Below are positions 8,964 to 19,055 of a DNA stretch of 57,492 nucleotides, piece by piece (position 1 is the stretch's first letter; every line of letters starts with the position of its first letter). A program made the translations under genes and the position numbers. Below the pieces are notes generated by a model. It ran no database searches. It was not told where the DNA came from and saw only the letters and a program-made list of their open reading frames with translations. This DNA is from an uncultured Planctomycetales bacterium (lineage in GTDB: Bacteria > Omnitrophota > Gorgyraeia > Gygaellales > Profunditerraquicolaceae): NCBI GenBank assembly GCA_964545575.1, contig CAZJFL010000010.1, positions 1 to 57,492 of the forward strand, given 5' to 3'.

Positions 8964-10009
8964 TTGGCCCCTTTCAATTCCAGCTGTTTCTGCAATTCCT
9001 TCTTTGCCAGCTCATGTTGAGGGTCTATTGCCAGGGCCGTCCTGAATGCCTGTTCTGATTTATCCAACATTGCCCTGTCTTTGAGCCTGGCAGAAATAAA
9101 ACGATAGCATACCCCTAAACCGTAATACGTGTTGGCGTAATAAGCATTATGCTCTAAAGACGACAAAAATGCCTTTTCTGCTTCTTCGTATTTAGCCTTA
9201 TCCCAGCAAAGCTCGGCTCCTTTTTTATAATAGGCCATCGCCAGGACATAATGCCCCATGCCTAAGTCCATATCCCGCAAAGCCGCCTGCGACACTTCAA
9301 TCGCTAAATCGTAATTTTGCCTTCTGATCAAAAAAGCGCTGTAGTTTATTTTCGCCCAGGCCGAATCAGGATCAAGCTTTATTTGTTCCAGATACGTCTT
9401 CTCAGCTAAGGCGTATTCTTGCCTGATGTTATAAACCGGCCCCAGGATACCCCAAGCCTCGATCTTTAATTTTTTATTATCGCTTGCTAAAAGCACCTCT
9501 TTTGCTTTTTTAACCGCTTCGTCGTATTTTTTTTCTTTATAGGCGATTCCCGCCAGAAGCAGATTTACCTCCGGGGCAGACGGCCTTAACTTCGCCGCGC
9601 CTTCCGCCATGTTTCTGGCATCCGCCAGGTCTTTCTGGAAAAGATAGACGTAGCCGCGCGTAATATAGGCCTCGAATAATTCCGGGGCGATTAAAAGCGC
9701 TTTACTTAAATACTGATGCGCCTGTTGTAAATTTTCCTTTTTATAATTATCGTAATTAATGTATCCGAGCTTGTACTCTACGCGCGCCAGGCCCACATAA
9801 GCGGGGGCGTAATCGGGATTTACCTCTAGAATCTTCTCCAGGTAACCCCTCGCCTCATAAAGCGAGCTCTCTGTTCCATTATAGTTATCTAGTATGGCGG
9901 ATGCTTTTTTATAAAGTTCGTCCTGATTAAAAGCCGCCGCATCTTGCGAAGCAAGGACATTGAGGTTTATAGAAAGCGCTATGGAAACCCAAATTAAGAA
10001 TAAGCGCAA
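8960..10009 (-). CDS. Secreted tetratricopeptide repeat protein
   Basis: Signal peptide, repeated TPR helices (NPDYAPAYVGLA). Confidence 0.85.
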   Translation of the reverse strand: MRLFLIWVSIALSINLNVLASQDAAAFNQDELYKKASAILDNYNGTESSLYEARGYLEKILEVNPDYAPAYVGLARVEYKLGYINYDNYKKENLQQAHQYLSKALLIAPELFEAYITRGYVYLFQKDLADARNMAEGAAKLRPSAPEVNLLLAGIAYKEKKYDEAVKKAKEVLLASDNKKLKIEAWGILGPVYNIRQEYALAEKTYLEQIKLDPDSAWAKINYSAFLIRRQNYDLAIEVSQAALRDMDLGMGHYVLAMAYYKKGAELCWDKAKYEEAEKAFLSSLEHNAYYANTYYGLGVCYRFISARLKDRAMLDKSEQAFRTALAIDPQHELAKKELQKQLELKGAK

Positions 10010-10011
10010 GT

Positions 10012-10977
10012 TTAAATCGCCTCCATAGTTGAGGGTGGCTTAGCGGTGATATTATAAGTTACGCTTACTACTCCGGGGACCTCTCTGACTAACCGTTGCG
10101 CTAATTTATTCAGCGTCTCGTAGGATAATCTTGTAGGTAAAGCTCCTCTGGCGTCAACGCTATCCCAACATCTGACTTCGATCTGTAAACCAAAATCCCT
10201 CTTACCGTCGCGTATGCCGGTGACCCTGTCCTGATGCAGGATTGCCATATACTGAAAAGCCCCGCAGGAGGCCAGCTCTTCCTCGACGATGGAAGTGGCT
10301 AGCCTCACCGTATCTATCTTTTCCCGGGTTACCTCGCCGATGACCCTGGCTGATAAAGCCGGCCCCGGAAAAGGCATACGCTTAAAAGAAGACTCTGGCA
10401 GCCCTAAGCCTTCGGCCACCTTTCTTACCCCGTCCTTACGCAGCTGCACCAGCGGTTCGATTATTTTATAACCGAATGCCTCCTCCGGATCAATTCCTAA
10501 CTGCTCAAAGACATTATGCTGTCGCTTAATGCCGGCTACGGTTTCATCCACGTCGGTAAGGATCGTTCCCTGCAAAAGGTATTTTGCGCCGCTAGCTTTG
10601 ACTAATTTGGCAAAGACATCTTTATAAAAAGTCTGGGTAATCGCCTCCCTTTTCTCCTCAGGGTCAGTGATGCCTTTCAGGGCGTCAAAAAACTTATCCT
10701 GGGCGTCCACTATCTCTACCTTGACACCCAGCCCTGCGAACAACGAGACTATCTGCAGAGGCTCGTTCTTTCTCATTAAACCGTTATTGATAAAATAAGT
10801 CTTGAGGTTATCCCCTAAGGCCTTATGCCCCAGCATCGTGACGGTGGAAGAATCCACTCCTCCGGATAAGGCGTTGATGGCTATGCCGCCTTTTACCATC
10901 GAGGATATTTCTCTAGCTTTCTCTTCTATAAACTCCCGGGTATTTAAACTTTTAAGCGTGATTTCTTCGATCTTCAT
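10012..10977 (-). CDS. GMP synthase ATP-pyrophosphatase subunit (no glutaminase domain)
   Basis: ALSGGVDS PP-loop, DPEEKR, LQGT, PFPGPAL, KPPSTME. Confidence 0.85.
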   Translation of the reverse strand: MKIEEITLKSLNTREFIEEKAREISSMVKGGIAINALSGGVDSSTVTMLGHKALGDNLKTYFINNGLMRKNEPLQIVSLFAGLGVKVEIVDAQDKFFDALKGITDPEEKREAITQTFYKDVFAKLVKASGAKYLLQGTILTDVDETVAGIKRQHNVFEQLGIDPEEAFGYKIIEPLVQLRKDGVRKVAEGLGLPESSFKRMPFPGPALSARVIGEVTREKIDTVRLATSIVEEELASCGAFQYMAILHQDRVTGIRDGKRDFGLQIEVRCWDSVDARGALPTRLSYETLNKLAQRLVREVPGVVSVTYNITAKPPSTMEAI

Positions 10978-11023
10978 CCTTCTTCCTCCTCTTGGTTATT
11001 TCATCTGCGATAGTTTTTCTCGA

Positions 11024-12019
11024 TTATACCTTAATCTCCCGCAAAAACTGAGCCCCTACCTCCGGTAAGGCCGCATTAATAAACATACCCGAGCCCAACT
11101 CAAACCCCGCCGGCTGGCTCAGGCGCGGAATAATGCTGATATACCAATGATAATAAAGCTTCCCGTTTTCGTTGACCGGCATGGAACGTATGGAATAATT
11201 GAAATCCGGGTCATCCAGCCCGTAATATAACCTGCCCAGTGTCTGCTTAAGGTTTATTGCCAGGTCCGAGATCTCTTCTTCGTTTATCTCGGAAAAAGAA
11301 GGCGTATGCCTACGGGGGAATATCCAGATATGAAAAGGAGATAGAGCAGCATAAGGAATAAAGGAAACGAAATTAGCCGTCTCGACTATAACCCTCTGTT
11401 TATCCTTCAGCTCATCTTCCAGGGTCTTGCAGAATATACAGTTACCGGTAAGGTCAAAAAACCCGGCTGCCCTTTCTACGCGCTGCCTTATCTGCGGCGG
11501 GACTATGGGTGTGGCGACCAGCTGCGAATGCGGATGCTCTAGAGACGTGCCGGCTGAAGGGCCGTGATTTTTAAATATCACTATATCCTCGATGCCTTCT
11601 TCGGCACAGATTGAAACATAGCGGCTCTTATAGGCCCGGATAATATTCTCTGCATCTGTGTCGTTCATCAGAGCGATAAAAGCGTTGTGCAGGGGGTGCT
11701 CTATGATCACTTCATGCCTTCCGAAGCCATTCATCTCTGTGCGCATCCCCAGAACCGTTCTGCCTCTTTTCTGCTCCGGTGAAAGGGCCCCGAACTTATT
11801 AGGCACCACGCGCACCTTCCAGGCTTTATCATCGCCTATGCGCAAGGTTTCTGTGGGAGACTGCGCTTCGTTACCGGGGCAGAAAGGGCAGTCGTCTTTA
11901 TACTCCGGTAAAGGCTTTTGGTCTTTCTTTTCCTTTATAAAATCCTTCGGCCGTTTAGCCCTTTCGGTGGCAATAATCACCCACTGCAGCGAAATAATGT
12001 TATAACGCAATTCGGACAC
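11024..12019 (-). CDS. galT: Galactose-1-phosphate uridylyltransferase
   Basis: RAKRP, CPFCPGNE, SLEHPHSQ active site. Confidence 0.93.
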   Translation of the reverse strand: MSELRYNIISLQWVIIATERAKRPKDFIKEKKDQKPLPEYKDDCPFCPGNEAQSPTETLRIGDDKAWKVRVVPNKFGALSPEQKRGRTVLGMRTEMNGFGRHEVIIEHPLHNAFIALMNDTDAENIIRAYKSRYVSICAEEGIEDIVIFKNHGPSAGTSLEHPHSQLVATPIVPPQIRQRVERAAGFFDLTGNCIFCKTLEDELKDKQRVIVETANFVSFIPYAALSPFHIWIFPRRHTPSFSEINEEEISDLAINLKQTLGRLYYGLDDPDFNYSIRSMPVNENGKLYYHWYISIIPRLSQPAGFELGSGMFINAALPEVGAQFLREIKV

Positions 12020-12032
12020 GCGCCCCCTCCTG

Positions 12033-13619
12033 TTAAATGGCTTTGATGATCATGATGGTGATATCGTCATACTGCGGCTGGCCTCCTGCAAACAGAGATA
12101 TTTCCTGCTCGACCCTATTGATGATCTGTTCCGCAGAAAGGTTACGGTTTTCTGAGAACGCCCTCTCCAGCCTCCCTATCTCAAACTGCTCTCCTTTTTC
12201 ATTGGCAGCCTCGGTCACTCCGTCGGTATAGAGCATAATGCTATCGCCTTTTTTAAGGATTAACTCCTCGGTCTTAGCTTTAATATCCGGCATGATGCCC
12301 AAAGGCGCAGAATGCGCCTTAAGTGTAGCGATATCGCCTGCCGCAGCACTGATGAAAAGCGGCGGATTGTGGCCGGCGTTGGAGTACTTAAGGCTCCGAG
12401 TATCGGCATCAAAGATAGCGTAAAAAAGCGTCACAAACATACTGGCCTTGGAATCCTGTATGATCAGGGTATTGACGTGGTTTAGCGCCTCGGCAGCGGA
12501 AACGGCGACGGTGGCGCTGGCCCGCATCAGGGTCCGGGAGAGTGCCATAAATAATGCCGCCGGAACGCCTTTTCCGGAAACATCGGCGATGACTAAACCC
12601 CATTTGTTTTTTTCTAGAGGGATATAATCGTAAAAATCCCCTCCTACTATTCTGGCTGGTACGGTTACGGCAGCTATATCAATACCCTCTATGAGAGGAG
12701 CATGATCCGGCAGGAAACTCTGTTGTATGTCGCGCGCAATTTCAATCTCTCTGATCAGGCGCTCTTTCTCGGCGGTAGTGCGCTTTAATTCTTCGACGTG
12801 TAACTTCAGGTCAACAGACATCTGGTTAAAAAACTGGGCCAGCCGCGCTATTTCATCGGCTCCCTTTACCAGGACCTTGTAATCCAGGTCGCCCTTGGCC
12901 ACCCGCTGCGCCCCTTTTGCCAGCTCTGCGATCTGGCGCGATACGCCCGTAGACAAAATGATACCCAGCATCACGGCCAAAGCCATACTTAAAAACAGAA
13001 CAAAAACCGCGCGCCGGTTGACTTCTTTCTGGACATCGTAGACATCCTGCGCGCCCATATCCACCCCCAGGATTGCCATGACCCGCCCTGCTTTATCGCG
13101 AATCGGCGCGTACCCAGAGAGAAAAACTCCCCATTCATCCGTGGTGAGCTTTCTATCTGCGGCCGTCCCGGAAAAACCCCGTAGCATTTCAGGAAAACGC
13201 CTCGCGTCGTATTCGTCTCCGGGATAGCTTAAGGTTGCTAAATCGCTGGCCTTGCTAGTCTGGACATCCACCACGAACTTAAGAATTCCGGGCTTGGCAG
13301 TGGGAGCGAGGATATACATATATTTAATTGTAGGGGATACATCTTTTATCCTGGCGAGCTCTTCGGTGATAACCCTATATTGTTTGCTGGCGAAACCTTC
13401 TTTCTCTAACGGTATTTCCGCAAGCTTCTCTACATCGACGTTTACGGCTGCGATCTGGGCGATGATCATCAAGCGGTTACGTAACTGCTCAAACTGCGAA
13501 CGCAGGGCATAGCGGTGTATCAGAAAATCGGAAATCCCCGCTAACAAAACCATGGCCAGGATAAAGAAAAACATCATCTTTGCCCGGAAACTCTTGAATA
13601 AAAAAAGAGTTCTGCTCAA
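12033..13619 (-). CDS. Membrane sensor, HAMP and SpoIIE/RsbU PP2C phosphatase
   Basis: Two TM helices, HAMP, VGGDFYD, ADVSGKG, NAGHNPP, YTDGVTEA, DDIT. Confidence 0.92.
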   Translation of the reverse strand: MSRTLFLFKSFRAKMMFFFILAMVLLAGISDFLIHRYALRSQFEQLRNRLMIIAQIAAVNVDVEKLAEIPLEKEGFASKQYRVITEELARIKDVSPTIKYMYILAPTAKPGILKFVVDVQTSKASDLATLSYPGDEYDARRFPEMLRGFSGTAADRKLTTDEWGVFLSGYAPIRDKAGRVMAILGVDMGAQDVYDVQKEVNRRAVFVLFLSMALAVMLGIILSTGVSRQIAELAKGAQRVAKGDLDYKVLVKGADEIARLAQFFNQMSVDLKLHVEELKRTTAEKERLIREIEIARDIQQSFLPDHAPLIEGIDIAAVTVPARIVGGDFYDYIPLEKNKWGLVIADVSGKGVPAALFMALSRTLMRASATVAVSAAEALNHVNTLIIQDSKASMFVTLFYAIFDADTRSLKYSNAGHNPPLFISAAAGDIATLKAHSAPLGIMPDIKAKTEELILKKGDSIMLYTDGVTEAANEKGEQFEIGRLERAFSENRNLSAEQIINRVEQEISLFAGGQPQYDDITIMIIKAI

Positions 13620-13646
13620 ACTACAGCTCCTTTAAAAAATTAAACC

Positions 13647-13985
13647 TCATTTATAAGTCTGGAACCCGGGAAGCTTTTCGTTTTTTATCTTCTGGAAACG
13701 CTCATCATCCACGCTCATCAGCATCTTGATCTGGCGCCAGGAAATAAAGATGTTAGTTTTGACTTTTTCTTTTACCTGTTTATGCTGCGGTATCAAATCG
13801 CCTTTGTCGTTCCACCATACCCCTAACTCATATGCGGGGTTCTCTATCCAGATCCCCAGATCGTCCACTCCCGTCACCAGCGCCCATAATTCATCCTTGT
13901 AAATCTGAAACAGCGAAAGATCCCCCCTGATATCATCGGAAAACTTAAACAGCACTAACTTACCCTTGAGCTCTTCTACCTGCAT
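13647..13985 (-). CDS. Hypothetical protein, paralog of 53807..54160
   Basis: RBS GAGGAGG before MQVEE; end-to-end similarity to the second copy. Confidence 0.75.
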   Translation of the reverse strand: MQVEELKGKLVLFKFSDDIRGDLSLFQIYKDELWALVTGVDDLGIWIENPAYELGVWWNDKGDLIPQHKQVKEKVKTNIFISWRQIKMLMSVDDERFQKIKNEKLPGFQTYK

Positions 13986-14001
13986 CTTAAGCCTCCTCAA
14001 T

Positions 14002-14505
14002 CTAATTCTTTTTATACAATCCGACTAATTCCGCCTTATCCAGTATGTGGCCCTGCATGGCTTTCTCCAGGGCGCCCTTACTTATGCCCTCTCTTAAATT
14101 AAGCATGGTATCCAGGGCATATATTTTGAAAAAATAGCGGTGCGTACCGGAGGGAGGGCATGGGCCGTGGTAGCCATTGCTGCCGGAATTATTGCTGCCC
14201 TGCTTTCCGGGAATACTATTTTCTTTAATGCCAGAGGCTACCGGTATATCAAAAACTACCCAGTGCACCCAGGTACCCATCGGCGCATCCGGGTCATCCA
14301 CGATTAAAGCCAAACTCTTGGTTACAGCGGGTATCTCTTCGATGGTCAACGCCGGATTAACGTCTTCTCCCTGACAACTGAATTTTGCGGGCAGATACTG
14401 ATTATTTTCGAATTCCGGACTAGATAAACGCATATTTTCACCTCCTGCTTCAGCCCCGCCTATAAGGCCCAGAGCAACCGCTAAAATAATAATTATCCCC
14501 TTCAT
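14002..14505 (-). CDS. YbhB/YbcL (PEBP) family protein
   Basis: DDPDAP.GTWVHW, YHGPCPPSGTHRYFF. Confidence 0.93.
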   Translation of the reverse strand: MKGIIIILAVALGLIGGAEAGGENMRLSSPEFENNQYLPAKFSCQGEDVNPALTIEEIPAVTKSLALIVDDPDAPMGTWVHWVVFDIPVASGIKENSIPGKQGSNNSGSNGYHGPCPPSGTHRYFFKIYALDTMLNLREGISKGALEKAMQGHILDKAELVGLYKKN

Positions 14506-14874
14506 TTACTTTTGACTCAGGGCCCTTTCTACCTGTCTTAATAAAAAGGTGGCATCGCAGGGTTTGGATATATATTCGTGGGCTCCCAGTTCCAAACCGT
14601 AATCCCTTTCAAACTGCTCTCCTCTGGCGGTTACGAAGATGATCGGTATATCTTTTGTGCCGGCGTCCTTCTTAAGTTCGACCAGCACGTCTCTGCCGTC
14701 CATATCCGGCATGAGAATATCCAATAATATTAGGTCGGGCCGCTTTTCCTTGGCCAGCGCCACGGCTTGCTTACCCTCCAAAGCAGTGATAACGCCATAC
14801 TGATTTTTCACTAATATCTTTTTGGTAGCCTCGAGTATTTCTTTTTCGTCGTCAACCACCAGGATATTTTTCAT
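14506..14874 (-). CDS. Stand-alone response regulator receiver
   Basis: ILVVDD, DILMPDMDG, TA, YISKP. Confidence 0.92.
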   Translation of the reverse strand: MKNILVVDDEKEILEATKKILVKNQYGVITALEGKQAVALAKEKRPDLILLDILMPDMDGRDVLVELKKDAGTKDIPIIFVTARGEQFERDYGLELGAHEYISKPCDATFLLRQVERALSQK

Positions 14875-14895
14875 CTCATATTTTTACCATAAAGC

Positions 14896-14929
14896 AAGCG
14901 CCCAGCTGGAAAATTCGGCTGGGCGCTTG
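14896..14929 (-). terminator. Stem-loop, likely terminator
   Basis: AAGCGCCCAGC...GCTGGGCGCTT. Confidence 0.5.
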
Positions 14930-14954
14930 GCGCGATATAAAGAGTTAAATTATT

Positions 14955-15551
14955 TTATCTTCCGTACCTGGCCCTTAATTGCTCGCCCGTAGGAAGAGTA
15001 GGATAAAACTCGCCTTGCGGCCCGACAAACCCATTGGTATATCTAGCCAAGGTAATAGCCACATAGCCGCCGTTATCTCTGGGGACATTTATGATCACTG
15101 TTTCCCTGCTTCCTGTTTGGGCTTCCGGCGGTACTGGAGTGCTGGCAGCAGGCACATACACGACCTCAGGAGGAGATTCTACTAGCACTGGTCGTTCTAC
15201 CACAACATATCTTGTGCCGTAAGGCCGATAGTAAATATTATTGTATTCGTAATAGGGAACCCCTCCGACGTAGATAGTCCTGTAACCGTAAGGCAGATAA
15301 GAAACAGCTACCCCCAACGGAGGCGCCACTACACTAAAGCTAAATCCGAAGAGGCCTGAGGTGTAAAACAATCCGTTATAATAATCGTACCTATGGTTCC
15401 CGTGCCAGACCGGCTCGTGCCAACCCCCATGTCCGCCGCCACGCCCACCATGCCCACGCTGGGCAAATGCGCAGCTAAAAACTCCTCCATAAATCAAACT
15501 GATTACTGCAACCAAAAACAGTAACTTTTTCAAGAAACTTTTGCTAATCAT
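14955..15551 (-). CDS. Secreted Gly/Tyr-rich protein (DUF6515-like)
   Basis: Signal peptide; PPLGVAVSYLPYGY.TIYVGGVPYY. Confidence 0.7.
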   Translation of the reverse strand: MISKSFLKKLLFLVAVISLIYGGVFSCAFAQRGHGGRGGGHGGWHEPVWHGNHRYDYYNGLFYTSGLFGFSFSVVAPPLGVAVSYLPYGYRTIYVGGVPYYEYNNIYYRPYGTRYVVVERPVLVESPPEVVYVPAASTPVPPEAQTGSRETVIINVPRDNGGYVAITLARYTNGFVGPQGEFYPTLPTGEQLRARYGR

Positions 15552-15597
15552 TTTGCCTTACCTCCTTGTTTTTTGATTATACCACTTTTTTCTCAAA

Positions 15598-16794
15598 TTA
15601 AAATATAATTACGAGGCGGGCACCGGCAACCAGGTAAGTGCCGGAATGCTTTTCGGCTTGGGGATGCGTGACCACCTCCATATTGGGGATAAACTTGACA
15701 AAAGGATGCAGGCTAATGTTGTAGTAAACCTCATATAGGGTTTCGGCTGATCCTGACTCATTGGCAATACGGTAATCCTTTCCCGCAATAGACTGCGCTA
15801 CGCCTATCCCGAAGACGTCATCCTTTCTTCCCGGGATGGGCTCGCTCAGCTGGCCGCCCACTGACCAGAAATGTTCAATCTCGCGTACAACTTTATCGGC
15901 GAAACCGTAACGCAGGAATAGCGTAATGCGCCCTGTTACCTGCTGGTCAAAACTTATGCCGAAACCGCGGCTGTTAATTTTTCGTCCCGCTTCATCAATA
16001 CGCTCCAGGCCCTCATGGGCCAAGTGAAAGAGAAAACGGTAATTTCCCTTTAGTTTCCCGATCTGAGGAGAAAAACCTATTTCGCTGATAAATAAAGTCC
16101 CCTGAAAGCAGTTGGTCAGGCCCACGCGGGTAGAAGCTGCCTCCGCGTCAGAGGCGCCAACCTGAAAATAAAACCAGTCTAGCGGCTTGATCCCAGCCAT
16201 AGCCCCCAGGCCTTTTGAGGGAAAAGGAACGGTCAAGTTGTTGACCAGGGCGCCGGCCTGAAACTGGGTATCGTTGAGAGCCGCGACTTCATTATAATCA
16301 AACCAGTTAGAGAGGTCTAATCTTCCGGCTGCCAGATACAGTTTATCCGCAAAGAAATTCTGCTGGAGATAAAGTTCAGAAACATATAAATAAGATATCT
16401 CCCAGGCATTATAATTCAGGATAGAAAAATTAGGCAGCCGCTTATCTATCCCCAAATTATGGCCTCCTTCGATTTCAAAGGCCGCTAAGCCTCCCTTCCA
16501 GAGCTTCTGCTCCAGGCCAATATTGTAATACCAGGCCGGGCTCCATTTGCCCTGATGTATTTTGGAATGCGTTGCAACCTGACTCTGAGAGTTAATTATT
16601 ACCGCAAAAGTGGTGCCGTATTTATCCTCCCACTCCTTCCTGAAGTTTTGTAATTTTCCCGGCCAGCCTTTTAGCTCTAGCTCTGTTTCTGCTTCTTTCT
16701 CGGACTCGACAGATAATTGAAAGGGGATCTCCGCGGCAAAAGCAAGATGAAAAGATAAACATGCGGCTGTAGCAAGAATAAATATTTTCTTCAT
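15598..16794 (-). CDS. Carbohydrate-selective porin, OprB family
   Basis: Signal peptide, ELYLQQ, E.LYEVYYNI, C-terminal Phe. Confidence 0.8.
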   Translation of the reverse strand: MKKIFILATAACLSFHLAFAAEIPFQLSVESEKEAETELELKGWPGKLQNFRKEWEDKYGTTFAVIINSQSQVATHSKIHQGKWSPAWYYNIGLEQKLWKGGLAAFEIEGGHNLGIDKRLPNFSILNYNAWEISYLYVSELYLQQNFFADKLYLAAGRLDLSNWFDYNEVAALNDTQFQAGALVNNLTVPFPSKGLGAMAGIKPLDWFYFQVGASDAEAASTRVGLTNCFQGTLFISEIGFSPQIGKLKGNYRFLFHLAHEGLERIDEAGRKINSRGFGISFDQQVTGRITLFLRYGFADKVVREIEHFWSVGGQLSEPIPGRKDDVFGIGVAQSIAGKDYRIANESGSAETLYEVYYNISLHPFVKFIPNMEVVTHPQAEKHSGTYLVAGARLVIIF

Positions 16795-17922
16795 TTATTC
16801 TAAGCTCCTGCGAAAGCGCAGAGCGCTAAAAGTGATCACCAGCGCCCCCATGGCTAACAGCGGCACCAGCTGCACCCAGAGGATATCAATCCCCACCCCT
16901 TTTAAAAATATCCCCCTAACTACCACTAGAAAATAACGCATGGGGTTAATCAGGGTGAACCACTGAATAACCTCGGGCATATTGGCGATGGGGTAAGCAA
17001 ACCCGGAAAGCAAGAATGTCGGCATATAGAAGAGAAAAACCGACATCATTGCCTCCTGTTGAGTAGCCGCAATCGTAGAAATAAAAAGGCCCACCCCTAA
17101 GGTGGTGAATAAATATATTACGGTGCCCAAAAGCAACAAAAGCAGGTTTCCTCTTAAGGGTATATGAAACCATAAAACTCCTACGGTAGTAATCATCGCC
17201 GTCTGGAAAAGGGCGATTACGCCGAAAGGAATAAGTTTGCCGATAATTAGCTCTATCGGCTTTAAGGGGCTGACAATCAACTGTTCCATGGTGCCGATCT
17301 CCTTTTCTCTTACAATAGCCATCGCCGTCAATAAAAGCGACATGATCGTCACGATGGAAGCGATGACTCCGGGCAGATAATAGTTACGGGAAATCAAATT
17401 CTCATTGAACCAGGCGCGGTCCCTTAAATCTACCGTCGGCCCGGAAAGCAGGAAACCCTTATCCGCGGCGTCTTCCTTAATCAACTCCTGTTGATAGGTA
17501 TTCATAATCGTATTGGCATAACCCAGGATGATCTGGGCGGTATTTGAATCCGAGCCGTCAAGTGTTAACTGAATGTACGTAGATTTTCCGGCATTAAGGT
17601 TGCGGGCGAAGCCGCGGTCAATGCGGATCACACCGCTGACCCAGCCTTTATCGATGACACGATTCTGTTCCTCGGCACTATAGATATAATACTTAGGGAC
17701 GAAATATCCGGAATAAGTAAACCCGTGTATGAGGTTACGACTCTCCTTGGTATTATCCTGGTCGTAAATCGCAGTGGGAATATAGTTGATATCTTTATTG
17801 GCGGCATAACCGAAAAGGATGATCTGGATAAGCGGAGAAACCAGGATCACCGTCTTCATCCGCGGGTCGCGTAAGACCTGCTTGAATTCTTTGACGAGAA
17901 GCGCTCTTGCTCTTTCAAACAT
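16795..17922 (-). CDS. ABC-2 permease (YbhR-like)
   Basis: KEFKQVLRD, REKEIGTMEQL. Confidence 0.92.
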   Translation of the reverse strand: MFERARALLVKEFKQVLRDPRMKTVILVSPLIQIILFGYAANKDINYIPTAIYDQDNTKESRNLIHGFTYSGYFVPKYYIYSAEEQNRVIDKGWVSGVIRIDRGFARNLNAGKSTYIQLTLDGSDSNTAQIILGYANTIMNTYQQELIKEDAADKGFLLSGPTVDLRDRAWFNENLISRNYYLPGVIASIVTIMSLLLTAMAIVREKEIGTMEQLIVSPLKPIELIIGKLIPFGVIALFQTAMITTVGVLWFHIPLRGNLLLLLLGTVIYLFTTLGVGLFISTIAATQQEAMMSVFLFYMPTFLLSGFAYPIANMPEVIQWFTLINPMRYFLVVVRGIFLKGVGIDILWVQLVPLLAMGALVITFSALRFRRSLE

Positions 17923-19055
17923 CAGAACACCTTTTTCTTAAATCTTCTTATCGCGATACTAAACATCAGAAACCCGAACAACACCAGAAACAACGCCTCA
18001 TCCCACATCACGTCCATACCGTTTCCTTTCAAGAACAACTCCCTTAAGATTACGATGTAATAACGCGCCGGAATCAGATAGGTAATTGCCTGCACTGCCT
18101 GCGGCATATTAAAAATCGGGTAAATAAATCCGGACAAAAGCATTGTCGGTATGAATGTGGTCAGGGTCGCCAATTGCGACGCCAATAACTGCGTCTTGGA
18201 AGAGGCAGAAATTAATATCCCCTGCGACAATGCCCCGGTCAAGAAGAATACGCTTAATAAAATCAACAGGAGATAACTTCCCTGGAAAGGTACGCCAAAT
18301 ACGGTCCTGGCCATCACCACCGCGACGAAAAGATCAAAGAAACCGATGGCAAAATAGGGAAGGAATTTCCCGATGATTAGCTCTTGCGGCTTAACCGGAG
18401 TAGAAATCAACTGCTCCATTGTACCTCTCTCCCATTCCCGTGATATGCAAATAGAAGTAAGCAGGGCGGCGATAATCATAATGATCATCGCGATTACTCC
18501 GGGGATAATATACCATCTGCTGTTTAACCCGGGGTTAAACCAGATCCGGGAGCGCATATCTACCGGCTTGGGTGGAGTATATCCGTGTGCGGCGAATGCC
18601 TGGGCCAACAACTCTACATTGTACTTAGCGACTACCGCGCGCACATAGCCTGCGGCAATGGTGGCGGTGTTGGAATCGCTGCCATCTACCAGAAGCTGTA
18701 AAGGCGCTTTTTTCCCGGATTCCAAATAATGAGAAAAATCTTTGGGGATGATCAATGCCATCATCACTTCGCCGCTGTCAATCATATGTTCGATATCCCG
18801 GTAGTTATCGGTGTATCTGGTGATTTTAAAATATTTGGAATATTTAAAATTAAGCAGGAAGTTACGGGTGAGTTCCGAAGAAGCATCCTGGTTCCAGACT
18901 ACGGTGCGCACCCGGTCGATATCCAAAGATAATCCGTAGCCGAAGATTATCAACAGGAGCACCGGGATGACTATAGCCAGCGCAAGCGAGCGCGGGTCGC
19001 GCTTGATCTGAATAAATTCTTTACTCGATATCGCCCAGATCCTTTTAAAATTCAC
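17922..19055 (-). CDS. ABC-2 permease (YbhS-like)
   Basis: KEFIQIKRD, REWERGTMEQL. Confidence 0.92.
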   Translation of the reverse strand: MNFKRIWAISSKEFIQIKRDPRSLALAIVIPVLLLIIFGYGLSLDIDRVRTVVWNQDASSELTRNFLLNFKYSKYFKITRYTDNYRDIEHMIDSGEVMMALIIPKDFSHYLESGKKAPLQLLVDGSDSNTATIAAGYVRAVVAKYNVELLAQAFAAHGYTPPKPVDMRSRIWFNPGLNSRWYIIPGVIAMIIMIIAALLTSICISREWERGTMEQLISTPVKPQELIIGKFLPYFAIGFFDLFVAVVMARTVFGVPFQGSYLLLILLSVFFLTGALSQGILISASSKTQLLASQLATLTTFIPTMLLSGFIYPIFNMPQAVQAITYLIPARYYIVILRELFLKGNGMDVMWDEALFLVLFGFLMFSIAIRRFKKKVF

